From Antedon mediterranea (Eukaryota; Animalia; Echinodermata): a DNA stretch of 64,000 bases. How positions within the stretch are numbered: the stretch's first letter is position 1; each line of letters starts with the position of its first letter. This document shows, in pieces, positions 40,301 through 50,100 of the stretch. The DNA lies in NCBI RefSeq assembly GCF_964355755.1, contig NC_092671.1:16988001-17052000 (forward strand), in the 5' to 3' direction. A program made the translations under genes and the position numbers. Under the pieces are notes generated by a model. That model made no database searches. It worked only from the letters and a program-made list of their open reading frames with translations, and had not been told where the DNA came from.

Positions 40301-42315
40301 GTTTAGGTGTTAGAGATGATGTGCTTATAAGTGACTAGCAGTCAAGAGTAGGCTTGGAGCTCTTTTTTTACAGCAAGAACAACAAAACTGTTACAGATGA
40401 AATCAGTTTTTTACCTTTTTCCTCAGCAGTTTGCGACTTTTGGTTTGATATATTTGAGGTATCAGATAATGGCCTTTTCTTGATCTTAAGATCTATTTCA
40501 AAATCGGAATTCATTTGCAGCTTTTTCAATTTCTCCATTCTTGCATTATAACTCTCTTTGTTGCCAATTTCCTGAAAAAGTACAATTTGATACTACTGTA
40601 TTAATAAGAAGCCGAGGAACATCAATTAAATTGAGGGAACCAAAAGTTTCCCTGGTATTGAATTAGCCAATGGCTGTATTAAGCATTCACACATAGGCTA
40701 AGAGAAAATTTAAAAATTCTCCTAAGTGAATAAAATTTAAGGAAAATATGATTGGTGAATAAGACCCCTTCTTTTCTCTTGTATACAGTAGATGTTCGTT
40801 ATATTTACTTCAGAACTATTGATTAAGTAGTAATCTCTTAGTTGGACTTGGGTAGTCAAGTGGTTAGGACACGGACTGCCACACAATTCCTGACAACTCC
40901 CAGTCTACTCAGCTGTAAATAAGTACCTGGTTGGAAATACTAAGGAGGATAAGGCGCGTGGAAAGGAACTGGCCACCCTGCCACATAATGTTAAGGCTTG
41001 TCAAATGAGCTCCTAACAGCTCATTACTCTATTTTCAGAATTGAATACGGGACCATTTTTACCTAGTAATATCTTAAAACAAATACTGTATATAAAACCA
41101 GACACACATACCTGTAGCCTTGTTAATGTAGATAGGAGGTTTGCTTTACCATGCCAAACATACTTGTTCTTTGCTCTTCTGCTAACCATCTCCACGCTTT
41201 CTAGAACATTTACTATATCATAAATTCTACGTCTCTCAACATCTGCAATATAATGACCAAAATCATCAATATTCCCCAAAAGATTGCATGAAGGCAAAGG
41301 TAATTTATTTAAATAAAAGAGTAAGACAGTGGCGTAACAGCTATGAGCCCTCACTGGCTAAACACAGGGACCCCTGAGCAGTTCACCGAGGAAAAGCAGG
41401 CATTAAAATATACTGAAAAAGGCTAAAGTGCCAGCGTCGAGGGAAAATTCATCATCATTAATTGTTCATTTACATTAAAATTATACATTTTAAGAACTTG
41501 ATGAAAGAAAGATATTTATAGTCGATGTTCATTACTGTACAAGCACTTACGAAGATCTTTGGAAACCGTGTCTAGTGGTATCGCTAAAACTTGTCCCTCT
41601 TCTGGATAATCTGGGTAACGGGACAGAAATCTAGGAGAACAAATTTTTAAATGCGTTTTATGCAAGTTTTGGAATTTAAGACTGAGCACATAGAAATTAA
41701 GAGTAATTTTCATTCAAAACGATCTGCATTTATGATTCTAAACATGGATTGAGAATGGGTATACGCCAGCTGCGTCACAATTTTAATATTAACTTACTTT
41801 TGACACAATAATCCTAAAGATTTTGACTTGCGACTGGTACAAGTATTGTTCTTATCATTTTCTTCATCTCCTTGAGAATCATTAGCTTCCAATACATCGT
41901 CTCTGGATTTTTCCGCAGCCTCAATCAAGTTATTAAATCGTTTTCGATTCTCCCGATCACGTATCACCGGACTTAAGACGTTCATCAGCATCTTCAAGTT
42001 CGCAGTTGGCGTGACTGGATCGTGGTGTGACGACTCGCATAATTTCTTTGGCGTTACTATAGACGGCTGTCTACTTTCATCAATAGACAAAGGATTTTCT
42101 GAATAATCATTTATTTCCCTTTGTATCAAATTTGAGTCATTAATTCGTGATTTTTCTACAGTTTGTAGCGATTGATTATTGTCAGTATTTACTATAGAAA
42201 TGTTTGAAAATGGGACGGGAAAATCAGTTGCTCCATCTGAATCAGAATCACTTTCAATTGGTTTATAATCTCTTGGCAGGAGGAGGTTACCCAAATCTGA
42301 TATAACTTCAGACAT
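29882..42315 (-). CDS. E2F8: Atypical E2F repressor E2F7/E2F8 with two winged-helix DNA-binding domains, 10 coding exons, ~942 aa
   Basis: Exons on -: 42315-41798, 41630-41551, 41242-41112, 40571-40415, 34252-34182, 33540-33453, 33248-33111, 32748-32683, 32172-32041, 31329-29882. Phases are consistent; total 2829 nt. Motifs: TPTANLKML; DBD1 [15 protein letters not shown]...[15 protein letters not shown]...AKNKYVWHG; DBD2 [14 protein letters not shown]...[16 protein letters not shown]...[10 protein letters not shown]. Probably the single pro-ortholog of E2F7 and E2F8. Confidence 0.93.
31829..31982. mobile_element. MITE with ~23-bp TIR
   Basis: gggagctttcgctttgcgacgac ... gtcgtcgcaaatcgaaaggtcct. 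Confidence 0.65.
32041..32172 (-). CDS. E2F8: E2F7/8 exon
   Basis: [40 protein letters not shown] (RHxSF and SAPxxPIK motifs of E2F7/8). Confidence 0.88.
32385..32508. mobile_element. MITE family A partial copy
   Basis: ccatatatggacatgatgatgtcata...gtgtagacagagcttaa. Confidence 0.7.
32683..32748 (-). CDS. E2F8: E2F7/8 small phase-symmetric exon
   Basis: tttacag|..[21 protein letters not shown]|gtaagt; 66 nt, phase 1/1. Confidence 0.6.
33111..33248 (-). CDS. E2F8: E2F7/8 exon (DBD2, RRLYD)
   Basis: [38 protein letters not shown]. Confidence 0.95.
33453..33540 (-). CDS. E2F8: E2F7/8 exon (DBD2)
   Basis: [29 protein letters not shown]. Confidence 0.9.
33985..34170. repeat. Degenerate ~23-bp minisatellite
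   Basis: About 8 copies of GGGGTCAGCA(T/C)ATTACACACATA, ending ~10 nt from an E2F donor site. Confidence 0.85.
34182..34252 (-). CDS. E2F8: E2F7/8 exon (start of DBD2)
   Basis: [23 protein letters not shown]. Confidence 0.92.
34548..40355. repeat. 61-bp tandem satellite, ~95 copies, inside an E2F7/8 intron
   Basis: Unit TTAGGTGTTAGAGATGATGTGCTTATAAGTGACTAGCAGTCAAGAGTAGGCTTGTTAAGGT; copies are near-identical with a few recurrent variants, including a +G 62-mer. Confidence 0.99.
40415..40571 (-). CDS. E2F8: E2F7/8 exon (linker between the DBDs)
   Basis: [19 protein letters not shown]...TAEEK; ag/gt boundaries, phases 0/1. Confidence 0.82.
40848..41000 (+). mobile_element. tRNA-derived SINE remnant
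   Basis: tagtcaagtggttagg (A-box) ... cccagtctactcagctgtaaataagtacctgg ... ggaactggccaccc. Confidence 0.5.
41112..41242 (-). CDS. E2F8: E2F7/8 exon (DBD1, RRIYD)
   Basis: [43 protein letters not shown]. Confidence 0.95.
41327..41445. mobile_element. Truncated inverted copy of the same hAT-like MITE, without the minisatellite
   Basis: cagtggcgtaac..ctcactggctaaacacagggacccctgag..gaggaaaagcaggcattaaaatat is the reverse complement of 16050-16311 minus the array. Confidence 0.7.
41551..41630 (-). CDS. E2F8: E2F7/8 exon (DBD1)
   Basis: [26 protein letters not shown]. Confidence 0.9.
41798..42315 (-). CDS. E2F8: E2F7/8 first coding exon
   Basis: Acceptor before 42340; ATG at 42315 (MSEVISD...[15 protein letters not shown]...[13 protein letters not shown]). 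Confidence 0.88.
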
Positions 42316-43898
42316 CTTGTTTTTCAATTTTTTCAATATTCTAAGAAGAAAAAAATGACAAATTAAAACACTTATAATACATTGTTTTAATACAGTAACA
42401 TATCATAATACAGTACACATTATACTGCATATTTATTTATGTAAATAATATAGAACAAAAATTAATCTTTATAAAAAAAATAGTTAGATATACAGTACCT
42501 ACAGTAAATTAAACTAAAATTATCAACAAAACAAGTAAAAATATACAGTCAGCAACAAAATACAAATTAATTAATATGCAGTCAGATCTTAGCTGCCCTA
42601 AATATACCAAACACCTATTCTTATGAACATGTCAATGTTATTCTGAAATGTATATACTGTACACCACCTGCTGATTGTAAAAAGTTTAATTGGGTACTGG
42701 TAGGTCACAATATTCATAATTTTGGTCCAGGTGCAATACCATCTGGCCACATATAACATTATACTTCAGTGAACACACTCACAGAAATTAAAGGGGCTTA
42801 GAATAGAAAGGCCTGAGGACACTCTTTACAGGTTGTGAACATTGTGATCCCTAGTACTAGTAGCTAAACAGACTTATTTGTATAAATATCAAGTAATTTA
42901 TTATTATGTTGCTAATTTACACTATTTATTAATTTGCGAAAAATTAGTAAAATTGTAGTAAAATTTAGAAGTTTAAAAAATTAATAATAATTAATAATCC
43001 TTAGGCCTACACACTGCCAATGACCAATGCAATGGGGATTATTATAAAACTTATAAAGTAGTAAGGGTACGTAAACACTTCAGCCAGACATGTCACACTA
43101 CTATTACTAATCAGAACCAGATTTGCATAGTTTTTTATAGGTCTAGGCCCACTACCGTGAAATAGGCCTAGCAAGTCTCAGCAGTAGCCGTGTCAGTTTG
43201 GCACAACATTATGCACTTCGGCTGCAATATAATTTGGCTTCCTGTGTAAATGAGCAATTTTAATGAAGCGCCAAGTTTTATTGGATCGGATCATCTTCAC
43301 CTCCTTGCAGCAATCTTATATTGTTGTACAGCCGAAAGAATACATGATTTAAAATATCATATTTATTAATTCATCAATTTTTTACTCAAGACATTAGGCT
43401 CACCACATAGTTTAGCTCTGGCCAGCTGTATTCGTCTGAGCCTAGGCCTACACACATCAGATCAGTCCCAAATAAACTGTGACATGATCATGGGCCATTT
43501 TGCTTCTTATATTTATTGCCAGTGTCAGTGAGTGAGTGTATGTTAGCTAGCTAGGCCTAGGCTAGTTCAAATTAATGCAGAGAGGAGGAGAGCCACACAA
43601 CAGGCCTTCCTACTATAAATTATAAGGCTTAGCCTACTGGGGTAGGCCTAGCTAGGTTATGTAGGCTAGGCCTAGGCCTTAACTAGGTCTTTACTAACCT
43701 CCTCTCTCTAGGCTAGCCAGGCCTACTACTATACTAGGCTACTACTAGCCAACTATCTACCTAGGCCTAGCTAGGGGATAGCCTAGTCCCTAGAGTAGGC
43801 CTACTCTTTATAGCTAGCCTAGCCTCTAGGCCTAGGCTAGTTAACAAAAACAAGCTATTTATAAATTAAATATCCTCTAAAATAATTCGGAAACTTAC

Positions 43899-44056
43899 GT
43901 TGGCTAGTTCATAAAACAATTATTTATACATTACAATTTAACAATATTATTCGATCGTCCGCGACATTATAATACCATCAACCATACGATCGACCAAAAA
44001 ACCCAGGTCAAAGCAGATAAAAATATTCCGCGTAGTATTCAAATTTGGCGCGTAAA
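43899..44056 (-). promoter_or_regulatory. E2F7/8 proximal promoter and putative non-coding exon 1, with E2F site and CHR
   Basis: Minus-strand donor aac|gtaagt after 43899; TTTGGCGCG at 44044-44052 directly next to TTTGAA (CHR, minus strand, 44038-44043); TTCCGCG at 44026-44032. Confidence 0.6.
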
Positions 44057-45036
44057 GAGGTGGAGCTATTTTAATCTCGACAACAAGTGACCTTCAGCGG
44101 CCCCAAACCTGAATAATATTTAATGAAACCACATTTCATATTTGAGGCCTCTAGGCCTAGATGTTTTTTGCAAAATAAATGTAGAAATATTTATAACAAT
44201 TTTGCACCTCCCGGCTATCGTAATACAAATTTACATGAAAGAAAAAATGGACATTGCTGCTGTTATCAGTTCTATCACATTCAAACCACCAGCCAGCAAC
44301 AGGAAATGCCTAATAAAGGCTAAATGAAGGACAATGTATTGTAATATTGTTATTAAATTAATCCTAATCAATTTATTATTATAAAAAAAATCTAATTTAA
44401 TTACAGACAGTCCTTTTGATAAGAAAAATAGGCGCAACAATCTTTTAATATATAACATTATTAATATTGGTTAAAAAATTAGCAACATAATAAATTACTT
44501 GATATTGTATTAATTATTATAGGCCTATATAATTTATGAATTATCAGTATTATTAACTAGGCCTACCTAGCCTGGCTACTAATTTATTTTGCTTTCTTCA
44601 ATAAAAAATATATTTATTATTAATAATATAAATAATAAATAGGCCTAGTAGTAGGCTACCAGCAGGCTTAAAATAAACTTATCATTTAATATTATATTAT
44701 TATTAGGCCTGGGCCCCAAGCTATAATTTCAAACACTGACGGCAGTACAACACTCACTCTGAAAATCTGAATATGCAAGGCTAGTCCTAAGGTCTGGTTA
44801 GATTAGCTTGATTCACCGGCCCAACGTATAGTGGGAGTCTGCTTTTGTTGGTTGAGATCGACGAGCAGCAACCTAGGCCTAGTCTCTACTCTAGACTCTA
44901 GCCTAGCCTAGGCTAGTCTAATAGAGGCCTAGCTAGGCCTCTAGGTCTAGGCCTATTTATGATATATTTTATGAACTGAATTGTTTCCTCTGTTGGTGTT
45001 AACAACGCTAACTAAGAAGCTTAACAATATACGTAC

Positions 45037-45260
45037 CAACTATTAAATACACCCATCGATGTAAAATATTCTTATGAATTCCTAAAAAGTAAAAAAAAAC
45101 AACGTTTTTGGCAGTCAGTTCAGTTAAATCATCCTCAGTGTATTATGACCATCGGTTCAACTTTGCGCGTAATCTGTTCAGGATTCGATTTTGGCGCGGC
45201 CACTGAACGTTTGATGTATGGCAGTCACGCCCATAAGCTTTACAACCCAGCCAATCAGAT
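45037..45260 (-). promoter_or_regulatory. Second (distal) E2F-type promoter module and candidate alternative exon 1
   Basis: TTTTGGCGCG at 45189-45198, TTTGCGCG at 45162-45169, CCAAT at 45251; donor ttg|gtacgt after 45037. Confidence 0.45.
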
Positions 45261-45589
45261 TGTTTGTATATTCAATGAAATGAATAATAATAGATTATGA
45301 ATATTCATTAGGGAAACCACCAGTTTTTTTTACGGAGCTTCTTCCGCATCTGGTCCATTATAAAAATAAAAGTTAACCAAAGTTGTTAATTATAATAAAT
45401 ACTACAGCGAATAAGTTAATGTATCATGTACATAAAAAATGTTTCATTCAGTTTGTAAATGTGTAATTTTTTATCAAAAAAATCCCCAAAATGCCTCCTA
45501 ATTTTAAGAAAATAAGGGTTACTTTTATTATAAATATTGATGTTTCATATTATAAATCATATTAGAATCAATTTTACTGTGATCAAGTC

Positions 45590-45738
45590 TTAAGCTATGT
45601 CTACACTATCAAACAAGTGTGCCAAATATGGTAGTGATATGCTTAAATATGGTAGTGATACGACATCATCATGTCCATATATGGGCACATCACATTTTTG
45701 TGTCGCATAAAAATGTTGATAATGTAGATAGAGCTTAA
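45590..45738. mobile_element. MITE family A copy
   Basis: ttaagctatgtctacactatcaaac...gataatgtagatagagcttaa. Confidence 0.82.
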
Positions 45739-47180
45739 CATTGGCTATAAAAATCTGTCAATTGTTTTATAAACATCAACAAGATACTATCCAACATTGT
45801 CCTTGCAAATCTACTAATATTAAGTTCTAATTTATTAACAATAATGTTGACGATTAATTTATTAAAAAATTGTATTTATGTACAATTTATTAGTTTCCTT
45901 TAACTTGTTAATTACACAATAATAATGTAATAGTTACATTCATTATATTTTTAATGCACAAATTTGAAGTAAATGATAAATGCAATTCTTTAAACGCACA
46001 GCAAATCAAATTGCCAACTATTAAGTCCTATTTCAGGTTCTGATAATGAAACAGTTTTTGGCATAATAAAAATAATACCATGACGTACTACCATATTATG
46101 CAAGTAATACACAGTCAACAAATGATCTTGGATAGAAATATGCAAAAGATTAAATTCTAGTATAATATAATGACCACTTCACCGTTAAGAATCCATCAGA
46201 AAATCTGGGTATTATTGGGTTAATAAATCCAAACAGTACACATTATACAGTAGTTGTACTTAATGATATAGTGTGCCCCTAAAAAAAATTGTTTTTCATT
46301 TTTTTTAGAATATGCTATTTTAATGTACGCGTCACACAATAGTTATTCACTTTGACCAAAAACTGGATCTAAAAAAAATTATTTACCTGGAAAAATGAAA
46401 TTTAAAGCCAAAAAACTTAAATTGTCTGTCAGACAATGGTTTTTGGTTAAAATCAAATGTTTCTTTTGTCTTTTTGTAAGTGAAATTATTTTTGTATTTT
46501 TTTTTTTACAGAATAGTATAATGGTATAACGTACTTGATATTAATAATTTTTAGGAAAAAATGTTGGGGAAAATACTAATCATAGAAGAATAAACTGAAA
46601 ATATACTGATATTTATAAACAGCTACATCTACATTTTATATATTAATTTTCGATATATTTTTATATTAAATTTATAAATGTACTGCCATATATATAGACT
46701 ATAATTACAGTATACTCAATATAAAGTGATTTCTTTCACAAAATAGTGTTATTTTCCAACTAAATTAAAATTAAGTGAAAAAGGTAAATAAATGTTAATA
46801 ATTAAACTAAAGAGAATAAAATTGTAGTGTAGAAAATATTTAATTTATTGTACAAATAATAAATATTTTAAATGCAATATAACATGGTATACAGTTACAC
46901 ATCATTTCAACAAAATTTCCCAATTCTCCGAGTTCACCTATTGATGTGGTTTAACTTTCACCTCAACACTTCTTTAAGTTGCATATCGAATACTAATTTT
47001 AACTTTCTGCATCCTCGAGACAGGAATGCATTTTTTTTTCTTCTAGATGTTTTAATATCACACAGCAGTTCTAGAATGAGAGTTTCACTTCACTCCTGAG
47101 ATCTACATCAGTTGTTTCTTGACTGGTAATTTATTTCTTTTTGCCTCTCACCAAGCCTCTAGTTGGCGGTACTTATCACA

Positions 47181-50100
47181 TCAATATTGGCTTGGAAACT
47201 GGTTGATGGCTGCACTCACTCTGTAAGATAAAAATAAACTTAAATTCTAATAAAAAAAAGACTACAAAAACATGTAAAGACATGTTGCTAATGTCTATAA
47301 TACAAAATGACCAGAAACACGTCTAGCACTGAAGAAGGCTCAGCTTTCTTCCACTAAGCAGTCTTTATTAGCATGTACTTTACTTATGCACATGTCAATT
47401 GTATGACGAAGGGAGAGGTGCGTCATAGATGCGTCATTTAAACATAATTATTAAAGCAGGGGTGCGTTAAAAAACCTAAATGGTATGTCACATCAATGAA
47501 CAATGGTGCGTCAATGGTATGGCTGTCACTTTACAACCCCCTTTACAACCTATCATGAACACAAGACATCAAAATGGGTGCGTGATGGTCATCAAAAGGT
47601 AAGTCAATATTTTTTGACGTAGAGATATTCATACAGTATGACGCACATTGAAAATGACGGATCTCTCCCTGAGGTCGTAAGGTGGGTCATACAATTGACA
47701 TTGAATGTCGCTTGCCTTTCTAGTAAGGTTTGATCACAAGAACTGCGTAACTGAAGCAGTAATTTTTGTACTCCCAGCTCCTTCAGTTTGATTTGCCTCT
47801 CTTTGGCTCCCTCTTCATCCTTCCATACAAGATTTAAGATACAGAAAGTGGCAGCAATTTGTAACTTCACATTCCCATGCAACTGAACAAGAAAATGTAT
47901 CACAACAATTGATTATTTAATGCTATAATTATACATACAATAGTATTTCAAGTCTTATTAGTTCTAAAGGATTGGTGGATCCAGTATTATATTTAATTTT
48001 TAATTTATTTCAATTTGCAATCAACAGCAGCCGCTAGTCAGTTGGCCCGCATGCTAGACAGTTGGGCCAGAAACATTTTTTGCGTATCTTACAGTTGCAC
48101 ATGTTCTGTGTAGGAAACATAGATTGTGAGGAATAATCAAACACAAAGTCAACAGTGTTTTGTTTTTCTTTCAATGCGTAGTCATTTTATTTCTTTAACA
48201 CTTGTCCGACCTACTTAAAATAAGAATTGTATAGTTAAGGCTGTCAATTGGTTGGCCCTCTCATTCTTACTCTTGTTCCCAAAGATCTTGCTTAAGCTTC
48301 TTCCTCACTAGAATGCAACTTAAGGACGTAAGTTGCAACGCAACAAATTCCCCAGTCACAAGCGACAGTTCGAATTTTCTATAGCTTTTGATTGGTCAAT
48401 TTGATTGCGTTGTGGCTTACGTTCTTGCGTCACATCATAGTGTGGGATCCAAGCTTTACAATGTATACTGGCATGTATTGATATTAACATTCAGATACAC
48501 TTACCATATAGTTGGTGATTTTCTTAAGAATATCTTCATTCGACATAATAAAGTTTTTAGCAGTTATGCCATCTGCAATATTTGCTAGAATACATAATGT
48601 CTGTAAGATTAAAAATAATTATAATAATAATTATAAATAAAATTAGTATAACTTTAAAATGTCATTATTGCAAAGCCTCACTCCATAGTCATAGTAATTT
48701 GTATATTCTCATTGGCTAACATGGTCCCTTTTAACAAGGTTTTTTAATCACTTCATAATAATGAATAATTGCTTTAGAAGCCAACATTGCATTAATTGCT
48801 TTAGAAGCAAACATTCCACTAAATGCTTTAGAAGCCAACATTGATCTTTCAGACTGTGGGTCTAGAAAATAGTGTTCTTGTCTATGGTGTCCCTCAATCG
48901 GTCATTGAAAATCATAGGAAAAAATGTGGCACTTACCTGTTCTTTGACACATGGTGGATGATCTTCTTCCAGAATAATGATCACTACCGCTATGATGTCT
49001 TGCCCATGTACTTCCATGATAGAATCAATGTCCTGAAAAAAACAACAATTTGTAAATATAAATGTGTTATGAATCATCTTGGAACGGAAACAATTTGGAC
49101 TATAGACACACTAATACAGACATAGAGAGCAACTACAGAGCAGCCACAGAGCAGCCTTAATGATCAGTACACCAGCAGTGATTTCCTATTTTTTTATAAT
49201 AATATAGCTCATTACACAGTCCCTATTGCATTCTAGTTTGATATTCATTTACTATTACCCCATATCAGTAAGTGGCCAAGCTGTTAAGAGAGTGGAACTG
49301 TATCTATGTTCGAGGCTCACTCACTCCATGGTTCTGATGGTAGAATAAATCTTCTCGGATAAGGTGTACACAAAATGTTATTTTAACTTTAAAGAACCTA
49401 GTACAGAACCGAGACAGTAGGGTTACCCAAGTACTAGTTCACACAGCCACTGTCACCTTAATTGGCTGCATTGACCCTGTGTAGTTGAAAAGTGTAACAT
49501 CCAGGTCGACAGCACCATGAGCAATGATCCATCCGTTGAAGGGGCACTTTGGACTCGTGCATTAACATTATTACATTATCACTCATTCATTTGTTGTATT
49601 ATAATGTATAATAAAAATAAATCTGGGGACAAAATGTTTTAAATAACATCTAATTTAGAAACACTATACATTGACATGTTGCTGTCCAGAAAACACTTAC
49701 TGGTTTTGTTGACAACAAATTTCTGAGCAAACCTAACGTTTTCATGATGATGTCAACGTTAGAATCAGAGAGCAACTTAAACAATTGGGCGTTGCCAAGT
49801 TTAGTCAGGATCCTGTTCTTTATCTCTTGCTTTGATTGGAATGCCATATTCTGAAAAAAAAAAAGTTAATAATAATACTAGTGCATGCCATGTGACCCAC
49901 AATCGTCCAAACCAATGACAGTAATTGATTTAGGGTGATTATATAATACTATTTATTTAGCAAGTTAAAAAAGTATGTAGTTTACCAGGAGCAATGGACA
50001 TGAGCCCAAACAGAGTACTCGAGTTAATACATTCAATACAGTAAATAAATACATAATTCACTTTTCCCTAAAACAATGTAATAAAAATATCATAAAATCT

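Noticed and set aside
34548-40355. CRISPR array or telomeric array
   Set aside because: The units are contiguous with no unique spacers, the context is a eukaryotic intron, and no cas genes are present. TTAGG occurs only as an isolated word in the 61-mer, not as tandem telomeric repeats.
49262-49330. tRNA gene
   Set aside because: A- and B-box-like motifs are present but there is no cloverleaf, and the sequence continues into a SINE body.
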